Positions 12,789-26,782 of a stretch of DNA of 64,000 bases are shown here, piece by piece; the first letter of the stretch is position 1, and every line of letters starts with the position of its first letter. Location of the stretch: NCBI RefSeq assembly GCF_009914755.1, contig NC_060932.1; one strand, given 5' to 3'. Position numbers and translations under genes: made by a program. Under the pieces are notes generated by a model. It was not told where the DNA came from, did not search any database, and worked only from the letters and a program-made list of their open reading frames with translations. This stretch comes from the human T2T-CHM13v2.0 reference genome, Homo sapiens.

Positions 12789-13010
12789 ACACTAAAAGAT
12801 GTTTCCAGAAGATCCCGGGATTACTTTTGAGCGTTCATCCTGTAAACAATGGCTAGCTGCTAGAAGGAGCAAAATGGAAGGAGAGCAGATGCCAGCCAGA
12901 CACTAAAAGATGTTTCCAGAAGACCCGGGATTACTTTTGTGCTGTTCATCCTGTAAACAATGGCTAGCTGCTAGAAGAAGCAAAATGGAAAGAGAACAGG
13001 TGCCAGCCAG
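12789..13010. repeat. Tandem duplication, 2 x ~111 bp
   Basis: acactaaaagatgtttccagaaga…tgccagccag starts at 12789 and again at 12900, with a few mismatches. Confidence 0.95.
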
Positions 13011-14300
13011 CTCCTAACTTCTACTCTGTGCCTTTACAAGAACGATGTTGGCAAGGATTTGTTCTTCCACATCCCAGAATTGTTTTGTTGATTTTTGTTT
13101 GTTTCATTTCAGAATTTTTTCTCTCAAGTTTTGTGCTTCTAGAGAACAAGGTCAAAGAAATATCAATATGGATCATGTGAATATTAACCCACATGATACT
13201 TGACAAGGAGGGATTAAGCAACAACTTTCTGAACTACTATAAGCTGTCATTCCCTGGCAAACGGGCAAAATAATAAGGGACATGCTTGGAGCTCTACCTT
13301 TTAACAGGGCTTAAACTTCCAGCATTCTCCCAGTGCTACAAAGATTGTTCACTAATCATACTAAAAGTTACCATCCTTATTTAATCTTCAGAAACTGGCA
13401 AGCAATAATGGGACCATTTGCACTTTATCCATGTTAGCCAGTCCCTGGCTGGATCCTGAGATATCTTAATCTTGGGTATCTGGATATTTTGCCTCAGGAA
13501 GCTTTGAAAACCCATCATACTGGGTGACCAGGGACAGTCAAATGCCAGTTAGTTAGAGAAATTGTACAGAGCTCTAAGGGCTGAGGCAAGCTCACAGATA
13601 GGCCTTCTGCACCACGTCTCGGTTGATTTCCTAAAGGAGAATAAAGAAAGGGTAAGCCAATAGAAATTGATGCTGTACTCACAGCACAAATAGTATATAG
13701 CAAAGAATCACATTCACTTATTTCATTTGAAAGAGAACAACTTAGAAAATCTGAAAGCTTTCTATATCATCTCATTTGACATCTACTAACTAGATGTCTG
13801 GTTTTAAAAAGAAATACACAAGAACTTGGATATACCAAAAAACAAAACAACAACAACAAAAAAACAAAAATCAAAAGAACTGGGGAGGTATTATAAATAT
13901 TATAAGTGGTAGAAGAAATTTCAAGTAAATTCACTGAATGATTCAGGTGATTGAAAGGATAAGTAGAAGAATATCCCCCTGGTAATAAAGCATTTCTCTA
14001 TAAGACACAATAATATCTTTTACATTTGAAACACAAGTTCACTTAATGTAGGTTCCCTAGATTTGTTCTCTATACATATAACTTAAAAGTTGAGACAAGT
14101 TTGAATATATATTTATCATCCTTACTTTGGAATTACAGTTCCTATGAGAAACATCTGCATTTATTTGGTAAAAGTAGTGAGTAAATTAATTTCTAAATCC
14201 CATGATATTCTGGAGATTAAAAGTTCAGTGTCCTTTGCTAAGGTGGTGGTCAGTTTTTCTGTGGGCAGTAGGCTGAGAATAAAATGGCTTTGTGGCTGAC

Positions 14301-14458
14301 CTTTGCCTTCCAAGTCCACAGTGAGCCCCTGCTTCACACGTTCCCGTATCAGCTGCAGCGTGTGCTCAAAAATCTCCCCTGCTCTTGCCATTTCCACAAT
14401 CAGTGGGTCACGCGGGTAATGAAATTGAGCCAGCAGGTCACTGGAGGTGTGAGGTTTT
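14301..14458 (-). CDS. PXDNL: PXDNL coding exon (~exon 16)
   Basis: 158 bp; ttgcag|A acceptor, AAG|gtcagc donor; [52 protein letters not shown]. Confidence 0.95.
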
Positions 14459-15280
14459 CTGCAAATGACAAAACACATGATTCTTTACAAGGCAAAACAG
14501 CAGAGTCCATGAAGCTTGCAAATACTGTGCATTTAAAAAGGCATTTCCCAAACATTCGAGAAGAATGAAAGCTCCACCACTACAATAGAGGCTCTACAGA
14601 GGAGCTGTGGGTTCTTTTCCTATTTTGCTAACAACTTATTCCAAATGTTAGTCCCAGTGCTGAACTCAAAAATATATATTTTTAATGAATGGATGATTTA
14701 AACAATAGTTTTAGGAAACAACATCTATGGTGGGGTTCTAAACTGGGGGGGTCGGTTGATGAATGGATTATAGGAGGCTCAGTAAACCTTCTGAAGTACT
14801 ATGCAATACTCTCGGTCTGCAGGACTTGGCATTTTGTGTCTTCTCTTTCCCTGAGTGTAATCTCCTAGAAATTCCTCCTTGCCTTTAGAATCCTCCTCAG
14901 GCCTCACTCTCCCTGTAGAGTTTCACTGCGAGCTCTGACAAGCTATCACTCCATCTGCTCTAGTACTCCTGTATCCTTAAATATGTGTCTTATATACTCA
15001 GTAAAATGTACTTGAATTGCTGACATATTGTCTCCTCTGCTAAAGAAAGAACTAGGTTGCTGATGAGATGTTGACCTATTATTTATCTTGTATCCCAAAT
15101 ACCAAGCCCACTGACCAGCACATAATAGCAGTTTATGCACATTTGTAGAACTGAACCAAATATGTTAAAAAGAAATTTAAAAGCACTGAGAATGTGAAGC
15201 AAACTGTTTTAGAGACTTTGATCAACTGAGGCACATCTCATCCTCTATGTCTTGAATCTTAACTACTTGAGGTCACAGAA

Positions 15281-15570
15281 TAATAATAATGATGCTAATA
15301 GTTCACTTTGGTTAAGCACTTTCTATTCTCCAGGCACTGTTGAAGCACTTTTTACATATTATCTTATTTTTTCTTCCTAGCAAGCACATCCATGAAGTAG
15401 ATCCTACTGTTATCCCAACTTTAGAGAGCAAGGAGCCTGAGGTACAAAGATGTTAAGTCACTTGCTCAAGGTCACCCAGACAGAAAGTAATGAAGTGAGG
15501 AATCAGGAAGAGAATATAAATCTAAATCGGCTGCGTGGTTCTAGAACACACATGCATGATCACAAAGCCA
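15281..15570 (-). mobile_element. MIR
   Basis: taataataat…ccaggcactgttgaagcacttt…tgttaagtcacttgctcaaggtcac. Confidence 0.75.
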
Positions 15571-16200
15571 TTCTATTTATGGATGTGCAGGAAGCCAGAA
15601 GAGACTCAATTTGGGATTTTACGATGTCCCTTTTTGACCACTAACTGCAAATACTGAATATATACTTTATCCGATTATGATGAAACCAACAATCATTTTT
15701 TTGTTAATGCATCCTGATGTTACAAACACAGAGAAGTTAATGGGATTGGAAGGTTTCACTAGTCCATGAACATTCCAATTCAAATTAAAATAATGTAAAA
15801 TGCCAAATATCCTAAACATAATGTTTGTCGTAGGCTCCCAGTTTATACCAAGGTGTGTTCAACTTGATAATCATTCTCAATTCACACATTGCAGGAGCAC
15901 TGCATCTGACACTGTTTGGTGGATGCTGAGGTAACCCAGCCCATTGCCTAGTGTCTATTGTCAGCCTGTATAGCATGGACCTTTGGCATAAATTAATGCC
16001 ATTTAGATTCTATGGGGAAGAAGTTTCCCCTTTTTTAGGGTGAACTGATAATGATGGCTAGCCCAGATGGGGATGCATACACAAGGACTAAAGAAAGCAC
16101 TCTATTGCATATGCACTATAATGTGACTTATGGAGATGATAAAAACTAAGTAGAACAGAAATGAAAACAAGGTTTCAATCTGTGTAAAATAAATTCTTAC

Positions 16201-16309
16201 TGTGAAAACAAATGTCTTCGTGTGGAGTTAATTGCACTGTCAACTCTCTGTACAGCAGCAAGAATGGAAGATTCAACAAAGTCATCGCCAGCTTGTCTAC
16301 CCTGTATAG
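16201..16309 (-). CDS. PXDNL: PXDNL coding exon (~exon 15), linker between Ig and peroxidase domains
   Basis: 109 bp, read directly; ttcaaag|CT acceptor, ACA|gtaaga donor; IQGRQAGDDFVESSILAAVQRVDSAINSTRRHLFS; phase fits both neighbours. Confidence 0.94.
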
Positions 16310-18301
16310 CTTTGAAAATCAATTCCATGATTAAAAATATCAAACAGACCTTGAAGTTAGGCATGATATGATATGAATGGCATTACATTTTTAAATGTAA
16401 TGCCATTACATTTAAAACCTCTAAGACAATGAAAATGTTATACAATATCTACATGATAATGCCCATTGCAGAGAGGTAGGTAATTATCTTGAAGCAAGGC
16501 TTCATCTAACAATAATAATGTTATTTAGGGAATTAAAGTATTCCAAAATCTAGTAAAGCTATGTAAAATATTTCCTTTTGAACAATGCTGATTCACACAG
16601 GATCCAAGTATGTCAGCAATTTGTCATCTTGGAGAAGGTATGAAATACCTATCTCTTCAGCCACCTTGCTTTAATGTTAAACATTAAAGCAAAGTAAATA
16701 TTCTCCCATCCCATAGAGGCTTCTTAAGGCAAGAAATGAACTCTCAATAAGATTTATGGGAAAATTAATTTATGCTTTTTTTATAGCTCTCTAACATGTG
16801 AAAATACTGCAAAGTTGAATCCTGTAGACAAAGGAAGCTATTTACTTACAGCTGATCATTTCCAGGCTATTGAATCTTCTTCAAATAATGGTTTAAGAAG
16901 TTTAACAGTAAAGGAACAAATACTAAATAAAAATAATTACGAATGAATATTTACAGTTCATATCAGAGAAATAATCAGCACAGTATCTAGTTCATTTTTG
17001 AGATACTAAAAGTACAGTAACATTTTATGTGACACAGGCAATGAAAACAATAACTTTTTGGCACTGCTAAATATTGAAAGCAAAAGTCAATATAGCTTTA
17101 AATGTTGAGTTTGAAAATAATGTCATTTAGGGGAAGTAAAAGTGATTAAAAACTTGAATAGTAATAGGAAGGTATTGTATGTATTATCCAAAAGAACTCC
17201 CAATGAAGTAACTAATATAAGCTTAAGTCAAGGTGTTACCACAATATAGTATGATAGATATATACATATTATATGTATATATCTATATATGTGTTTCTAT
17301 ACATATTTAAGCATATATATTTGACAATAGATGGGCCCATATAGCATTCTCCATCTAGATATTACAGGAAAATTCCTGTATATTATGACCATCTATATAG
17401 CCTAGATTTTATTGTCTTAAAAAGACCACCAACATAAAATAATTTTAAGAAAAAAAATACCAATGGTATGGAAATATTGTAAGGAAAGAATAAAATTCAG
17501 GACCATACTGAAAATTCTTCTTGGCAAACTAGATTATGTGCAGCAATTCTGAGTAAGTAGGGTGGCTCCACTGTCAAGTCATTGCAGCCTTTATGATGAC
17601 CACAAGATTGAGGCTCTAAATGGCCAATGTTGCCTTTCCTAGTCCAAAAAATACATGGGATTGATTTAGCTAAAGATAATTGAAAGAAAAAAAGACAAAA
17701 ATTGATTAATTCAATTGGATGAAATTAACAATTTCAAGAACATGAACAAAATAACTAATAAATGACACAAATAGCTGACAATATTTGCAATCTCAAACTC
17801 TGAGGCAGAAATGATATTCTGTTTCATACAAAGAAACGTTATAATACACTAAGAAACAAATATATAGGCAAGTTATAAAAGAGGAAAGCTCAAAAGTTAA
17901 TAAGGATATAACATGCTCAAAATCACTTGTAACCTCAGAAATGAAAAAGTGTCAATGAACTACCATTTTATGCTTATTCTAGCAAAAAATAAAAAGCTGA
18001 TTAAAGCCAAATTTTGACAGGAGTGAGAGTTCCTATAAATCCTCAGGCAGACTGATAGGACTGTGGAATTGACACCTATTTTGGGGATTGTATTTAGAGC
18101 CTTCTTTGGCGGGGGGGAGATGGCAGTTGTTACTTTGTAATATTGCATATGCACACATCCTCTCATCCAGTAATTTCAATCCCATGCATATATGCAGAAA
18201 AATTATAATTGAAATCCACAAGGGTATGTATGAGAATGTTTATTGCAACTTTGTGCAGTAGGAATTGTAGAAAATTGGTTGTACAACAGTGGAAGTATGG
18301 G

Positions 18302-18672
18302 TGTATTAGTCTGTTCTCGCATTGCTATAAAGAACTACCTGAGACTGTGTAATTTACAAAGAAAAGAGGTTTAATTGGCTTACAGTTCCTCGGGCTGTAC
18401 AGGAAGGATCACTGGGGAGGCCTTAGGAAGCTTACAGTAGTGGTAGATGAAGAGGAAGGAAGCACATGTTACATGGCTGGAACAGGAGAGAGAGCAAAGG
18501 GAGAGAGGCTACACAATTTTAAACAACCAGATCTCATGAGAATTCACTCATTATCACAAGAACAGCAAGAGGGAAACTCACCCCAATCACCTCCCACCAG
18601 GCCCCTCCTCCAACACTGGGGATTACAACTGGACATGAGATATGGACAGGGACACAAATCTAAACCATACCA
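18302..18672 (-). mobile_element. MSTA/MSTB MaLR solo LTR inside an old L1M
   Basis: tgtattagtctgttctcgcattgctataaag…ggacacaaatctaaaccatacca. Confidence 0.88.
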
Positions 18673-21600
18673 GTGTGCAAGGAAAATGTGGTGGATGTTC
18701 AACGTGGAATGTCATGCAACAGTTAGAATTGTCTGGGCATACATGGATGGACACTTAAAAGATGCTTAAGGTAAAAATTCGAAAACTAGAAAGAGATAAC
18801 CATAAAATGATCGAATTAAAATATATAATACTTAGATGTAGTATAGTTGTTACATATATAGCAATGATGATGAAAGCAGAGTATGGACATAAAAGGTAAT
18901 GAATTAATTAGTTAACCAATTGAGGAATCAATCAATATAATTACTGTGATTATAAGAAAACAATACTATAAACATAGCTACATTAGTCTGCTTATGTGTT
19001 CAAAAAAAGTCAGTAGGAATGAGCCTACTTAATTTACTTTTATCTTAGAAATAAAGAAACTAAAATCAATCAAATCAATCTGCACTGGCATGTATGACTT
19101 GATTATTTAATCAACATATTAGCTTTTTCTTTGTCCCTTTTACTCCTTCACTTTTGGACCTCAAATATAGAAAGCAGCATTAATTACATGCTTCTGTTTG
19201 TGACAAGTATTGTCATTGGGCTACTGCATCTGGGACAAAATATGTTATCAAAGGTCTACGTGGATTTGGAAGTAAGAAGATTGTGTGCTAGGACTGAGTT
19301 ACCGTACAGGACATAGTGCTATTGAGATGCCAAAACTTAAAAGGCTATTCACAATGGTGGACAGAAGTTGATATAAAGTATAAATTTCAGGAAACCATCA
19401 TTTAATATGTGAATGTGAATTGGATTGATGTTTTTGCTTTTATTCTGTTTATAAAATTGTTTTGCTGTTATAGTTGTATAAGATTTACAAGCATAGGGAT
19501 TTTGCAGCACTTGTCTTCATCTGTTAGCTCATCCATTAAATGGAGAGAGAAAGCCTTGCTCAGCACAGAGCTCAGGGCTGATGTGATTATCAGATAGCAA
19601 AGATACGCAAAATTCTTTTAAAACTGCATGTTGCAATGCACATATAAGGTGGCTTTCACGATTAATGTGTTTTAAAACCTATAGGCAATCTGTATCCTCA
19701 CATGATTATCAATTGATACTGTGTTATACTGTCAATATGATTTGCTATTTATTTATATGAATCAGAAGTCAACCAGTGTGTAAAAGTGAAAAGGAGAAGA
19801 AAATTTTAAAAATGGAATTGTATGCAAATATTTTTTGAAATATTTAAGCTCTAAACTACACAAATAGAAAACACATAAAGTTGTTCAGATTCTTAAAAGC
19901 ACATTAAATACGTGATATAGTCAAACAAAAACATTCTTGATAATAAAGCTTTCTCGTTTTTATGTCAGTTATGATTTTTTAAGTTTATGTGGTTTAAGAG
20001 TAAACTAAAACTAACTCTTTTATTATTCATTTGATTTCAGTGTTGTTTTGTTTGATTTGGTACAAACTGCAAAAATATTTTTATAAATTTCTTTAGAACA
20101 GCACTGTGTTATGTAAGCAAATCCAATGTGTTGGGGACATACTAGAATTAATCAATACTGTTGTAGTTATTTGTCTCAAAAATCATCTCAGTTAATGGCT
20201 TAAGGAATAGAACAATCAGAAAATTCTGAGCATATTCTCCATCTTTTTATGCAAAATTTTACAGGAGTAGAGGGACAACTAGATCATTTTTCTTTGTTAA
20301 GTCTCAGGGTAATAAAAATGAGAAAAAGGCTTCAGTATATTTACAAAATAAACATGTTTAAAGTTATTGATGCACATCTATTTGCAATCCTATCCCTGCA
20401 TCTATGAGGCTATCACTACTATTGATGGTAAAATCCAATGGTAATATTGAGTCCTTTCAGAAAAGGGGGAGCTTAGGCCACGTGGCCACTCACTGCTCTG
20501 CATGAAAGGCCTGGCTCTGGGTGACTTGGGGACTGGACCTAGAGATGGGATGCAGAAACAAAACAGCTGTGCTCCTCTGTCACCCTTGCTAAAAAATGCC
20601 TAGACCTCAATAAAGGCTGAGATTTTTTCACAATTACCAATTGGGTTTTGAGTATTTTTTATCCTCCCCCTTTTTCCCCCTGGGGAAGAAAATTAGCCGA
20701 TAATGTAACTATCGTAACCAAATAGGTCTTATCATACTCAGTCTTTCCCTATAAAGAGTGATGCTAAAACTGACACATGTGAGGGCTGTCCCAGGACACC
20801 AGAGACAGGTCCACATTACCATACACACTGATGGTAATGACTGCCTTTATGAAATCATTTTGTTTAAACAGCAGAGAATCTGTCTTACTCATCACTTTGC
20901 ATCATTAAACATGGAAACCAATTCATTGCCCTGGAGAGCTCCACTGTTTTTTCAGAGACTGGAAAAGGAAAGGCACCATCTACTTTGTTTAAGGTTATGG
21001 TGCTTAGATTAAGACGTTTTATTTGTTTTCTTTATAATGTTTAAACTATTCAAACACTACAACACCAAAAATCTGGAAATGCTACTTACACATATTAAAA
21101 TGTATATGTTAAAATTTTGAGAGCATTTATCTCAGGATAGAAGTATGTGGTCACTGTATATTTTATGTATAAAATGGATGAGAAATGTGTTACCTTTAAC
21201 ATAAAGCTAATACAAACATACGTGTATGTATACTAGGTAGATGCTGTTGTTTACAAAAATATTTCCCCACTCATTGTATTATTAAAGTTTGACAAAAATA
21301 AAATAGAAAACAAAATTAAAAGCTTGGCAAGATAGCAAAGATTGTCATGTATCTCTTAATTAGTTTGTAAACTAATTTATACCCTATTCAGAGTAAATTT
21401 TAAAATGTAGTAAAATAGCAATTTAAAACTCTTCAGTTACCAATTTCACTTCATTAATGTTTGAATAAATATAACTAATGAAAATATTTTGATACTTTAT
21501 TGTCCACTCATAACTCTGCAACAACTTCAGTGGCTTAGAAATTGATGTTTGTCTACACCATGACAAATATTGGGATTAAAATGTCAAATAATTCAAATAG

Positions 21601-23748
21601 TGAATTGTTTATACAGAGTTTTGGAAAATAACTAGAACTCACAAGAACTGAACAGGTTAATTAATGTATAGCATTTGGAACACATGGTAAATGCTCAATA
21701 AATGTTAACTGTTTATTTTTACTACTGATATTCCTATGAGTTTAGTATAGGTTATTTCATTAACTTCAAAGAAAAGGTCCCACTAACCTAAAGTCAGCTA
21801 ACGTAGCCTTAAATCTTCAATCAGTTTAGTTTGATAATAATTTATTGGGTTAAGGATACAGTTGAAGTAGCAAATATTATGGGTGGGAGGATAATTTGGA
21901 AAGTTATTTCCAAACCTACGTTCAAAATGATGAAAGCCTGAGCCATAGAACAGGAGTCACATAAAGAAGAGAAGTGGAAAAGAAGCAATTTTAGGGAAGG
22001 AAAGACGAGGGAGGCTTTGAGTTGGAGTAAGGGAGCTGGGGAGGAAGATAAATCGTGAGGGCTCAGCTTCCTGCTTCTGCTATGAAGGCATGCTAGGAGG
22101 AGACAAGGTCCTCGGGGAAAGACCAGGGGTTCAGATTCGAATATGTTCAAAATCAGTTTTTAACATGAGGAATTGCAAGGACTGTGGGTCCACCAAAATG
22201 AGGTGCCACACAGACAATTAGACACTTACCTAGGAATTTCAGAGGAGATAACATTGCCTAGCATTATTTTCATACAATTTGAACCAGTATATGCATGTTA
22301 CATGGTCCAAGTTTTTCATTTAATAAATTCTGGGTCACCTTTGCATTTTTCACTTTGTCCATATATTAGTTCAATGTCTCAATGGTAAGAATTTTATCAC
22401 AGACATGCTATAAAGTGTTTCCTCATTACTGTTGTACTATTTTCATAACTATTGTTTGAATTCTATCATGGAAACATAGAAATTCTATGCCAAGAAATAC
22501 TCTTGAGAGAGTTCAGGTCCATCTTTTTAAAAAATAAGAAAATCAATTCCAGTTATGGGTAAGGAAGTTATCCAAAGTGGCCGAGATCAGTGAAGTCTGA
22601 TGGCTTAACCCAGGGTTTTCTTCTCACTATCTCACACTTCTAATGTTTCATATAAATGTGTTTTGTGCCTTCAGTCAAACCGAATCATTTTCACGAGGAC
22701 GAAATGAGTCTATACTTCACAGCACTTACCAGCACTTTGTAGTTAATATAATATAGGGAGTGTTACAGTAAGTTATTATTAAATATTTTTCAAAAACAAT
22801 AAATATATAAACATTTTATCTAAATAAAATGTGTAGCATTTGGATACAAAATATTATCTAGAAAAAAAGAGAGAAGTGGGCAAATAGAATTAATATTTGC
22901 TGATATAAAATACATTGACAACATCCTAAACAAAAGGATAGATTCCCAGGAAATACTGTATCAGTCTTACAGGTTATTTATGTAAACTGTTTACAAATCT
23001 ATTAGCTCTAAAGGGAAAATGAGCTTTCTGAAAAAATTACAACTGTGGAAATCTTTTTGTTCTTTTGCTATCATAGATGCCCTGCTATAAACATCAGTCA
23101 GTAAAAGGTAAATTTTATATAATGCGTAGATGGTTGTGTACTTTTCATTATTGTGCATTACTTTCTATGGCTGTAATTCCCAAGGTAAATTAGAAACTCA
23201 AAAGTCATGATCACTTACTTGTGTCATTTATTCCACAAATGGAATTACAACATTCTACAATAACTAAGTGGGGGCATCAAGATTGGAAAATCCTCCTGTA
23301 AGGTATGAACTTTTCCTTTTAGTTATAATGACCTGGTGAATGAAAGGGTCTCAGTCATAAAACATTCAGCAAATGTTACTTTAGTTTGCCATATTTCCCC
23401 TTATTCTGCTAATTTGGGTTTTATAAACACATACACACTCCTTGTCTTGGATCTTAAATTTACCCAAAACTTTTAAATTTGTATTCTTTCATCTTTCTTT
23501 TACTTTATTAAAAAATATTTCTAACATTATGAAATTTATTTGGTATAAATTACTTTTCCCTCATATTGACATATAAATGTCCCAGAGACAAAAAAGTTTT
23601 TCTTTGTGGAATAACATTTATTTTACTGTATTATTATCTCCTTATAGCCTGTTTCAACACCATAGAACAGAATATCATTGAATGCTATCACTATTCTAAA
23701 ATCTGGTAAATAAAGTGATTAATACATTTTACTGAATGTTTTACTTTT

Positions 23749-24038
23749 GTTTTGTTTTTGAGATGAAGTCTCACTCTGTCATCCAGGCTGGAGTGCAGTG
23801 GTGTGATCTTGACACTGCAACATCCACCTCCCAGGTTCAAGTGATTCTCTTGCCTCGGCCTCCCAAGTAGCTGGGACTACAGGTAAGCGCCACCATATCT
23901 AGTTAATTTTTTGTATTTTTAGTAGAGACAGGGTTTCACTATGTTGGCCAGGCTGGTCTCGAACTCCTGACATTGTGATCTGCCTGCCTCAGCTTCCCAA
24001 AGTGCTGGGATTACAGGCATGAGCCACTGCACCCAGCC
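23749..24038 (-). mobile_element. AluS
   Basis: Reverse-strand Alu; TSD tgaatgttttactttt. Confidence 0.95.
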
Positions 24039-24468
24039 TGAATGTTTTACTTTTAATATGTATGTATAATTACAATTAGTTAAATTTCTGTTAAAGAAGA
24101 TGAAATTCTTGTGTTGGAGATTCTGAAATGTTTTTTCACTGAGATTACAGTGCTTCTGTGTATGTGGAAGAGCAAGACAGAGGGGCAATACAGAGAGAGA
24201 GGATGTTTGTTTGTATGTGTGTTTGTTTAATGGTAAAGATTTTTAGCATTTCTAAAACATGGTGATATTAATATAAATTCTGTAATAATTTTTTCCCAAA
24301 CTATCTCAAGGGCATTTTTCCACAGGTCTCATAAATAGTTGAATAGCAAAATGTGAACTCCATAAATTTATAGGAAGCACAACTACCACAGATTTTAAAT
24401 CAGGAAAATCATGAACTCATAGAGAATAGCAGAGTGAGACTAAGATTTTGTAACGTTAAGAAACTTTA

Positions 24469-24769
<301 letters not shown>

Positions 24770-24899
24770 TTAAACAACCTCTGACATTATTAGGACAAAT
24801 ATTTGCCGGTTACTAAACTACATTGTTAAAATTTTAAGAATATTACTCTACAAAAGACATTTTTACAATATGGATACATTTTATTTAAAATACCTAGAC

Positions 24900-25434
24900 C
24901 AGGGGTTCCCAACCCCAGCACCTTCAGAATAAATCCGTGCTCCTCACTGAGGTTCGAAGATCCTATGACAGAGGTCCCCAACCCCCAATACTGGTCACAG
25001 CCTGTTAGTAACACAGCAGGAGGCGAGCAGCAGGCAAGCGAGCATTACTGCCTGAGCTCCACCTCCTGTCAGATCAGCAGGGGCACTAGATTCTAATAGG
25101 AGCACAAACCCTATTGTGAACTGCACATGTGAGGGATCTAGGTTGTGCACTCCTTATGAGAATCTAATGCCTGATGATCTGTCACTGTCTCCCATCACCC
25201 CCAGATGGGACCATCTAGTTGCAGAAAAACAAGGTCAGGGCTCCCACTGATTCTACATTATGGTGAGTTGTATAATTATTTCATTATATGTTACAATGTA
25301 ATAATAATAGATATAAAGTGCACAATAAATGTAATGCACTTGAATCATCCCAAAGCCATCTCCCCACCCCGGTGAGTGGAAAAATTGTCTTCAACAAAAC
25401 CAGTTCCTGGTGCCAAAAAGGTTGGGGACCACTG
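24900..25434 (+). mobile_element. MER1A (hAT-Charlie) DNA transposon
   Basis: TIRs caggggttcccaacc / ggttggggaccactg; 8-bp TSD acctagac/acctaggc; body matches recalled MER1A. Confidence 0.88.
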
Positions 25435-26625
25435 ACCTAGGCAAAATAAATGCTCAGAAGTTTGATATTTCAGAATATGTAAGTGGAAGAATGTGAAAGT
25501 ATTCATATGATAGGAAAATGGCAAATCTTTATAAATATGAGTTGATAAGCTAAATCTATTTTTAGTGAGGCCTGTGTTATGAAATATTATTGTACGTAAT
25601 GAAACAGTTACCCAATCTCTTCTATAAACCCATAAGGCGTGGAAAAACTAAAAGGTAAAAAAGAATCTGCGAAACCATATTTATGAAATTTGTTCATTTT
25701 TAAGGAAACTGAAAGCTGAGCAAAGCCCAAAATAGCACTCCAGATGCTTGTAGCTAAACTCATTTATTTCAACTGTGGATTGTCAATACAGCAAAAACTC
25801 CTGAACCCATTTGCAAAAAAAGCAACACTAATGTGAACTCCCACATGCAGACATGCTGTGCTTTCCTTCAATGCCTCTCCGTGTAGAGAACACACCAGGC
25901 AATCTTAACAGCCTGTGTCCACTTGTAAATAACCTCAGCTGAGTTTCAGTACAGTCTACTCAAGTCTGCCTACAAATGGACTCTCCCATGTCCCTTGTGA
26001 ACTGAATAATCAAAAAAAGAAAAAATATATTTTTTATAAGACTACAGTAAACAGTATTTTAAACAGTCATTATATATAATCAACCTGCAGAGGGTTCCAG
26101 CTATATAACCAGATTGGTGATAGAATGTAAAAAGCTATGTCAATTATGTTGGCCAATTATAAATGCCTGCAAACACTGAGATATTTGTTCTAGTGGTTGT
26201 AAAGTTTACTTGGGAGTTTGATGGATTGATTTCTAATTTTAAACTGGGATTAAATATACTAGGCTAGAGTATGTAGTACATGTTGAATTCCATATTATGC
26301 TTCCACCTCCGGCTCCACATTTTGGCTATAAATACATCTTGCATTCTATTATTTTTGGTTTGTAAGAAAACATGATATATATTTGCAAATCTTTGCTATT
26401 TATGTTCTTTTTTTAATTTGTTATTTTTCACTTTATATCCTTTAAGATTGTTTATATTTAAATTTTTTTATTTTAAAAAGAATAAAACAGCTTTGACTAT
26501 AAACACACTTGACCAGAAAGAAAGTATAAGAGAGCATGATTAGTGAGATCAGTCAAATAGGATTGGGGTAGAAGCTGTTCAAAGACAGTTATTTGGATGT
26601 TGTAAATGGAGCTATAGACACCTAC

Positions 26626-26782
26626 CCGTGACTGTAAGAAACATGTTGGTCACAGCAAGGCCAAAAGAATTCCGAGCCACACATTCATATCTTCCCTGGT
26701 CAGGGAACCCTGCGTCGTAGATAGTCAGCGTGCCTTCATCATCCACATGGAATTTACCACTCTCAGTAATCTGCACACCTTC
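26626..26782 (-). CDS. PXDNL: PXDNL coding exon (~exon 14), C-half of Ig-like domain 4
   Basis: 157 bp, read directly; ccctag|GAA acceptor, CGG|gtaggt donor; [52 protein letters not shown]. Confidence 0.95.
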
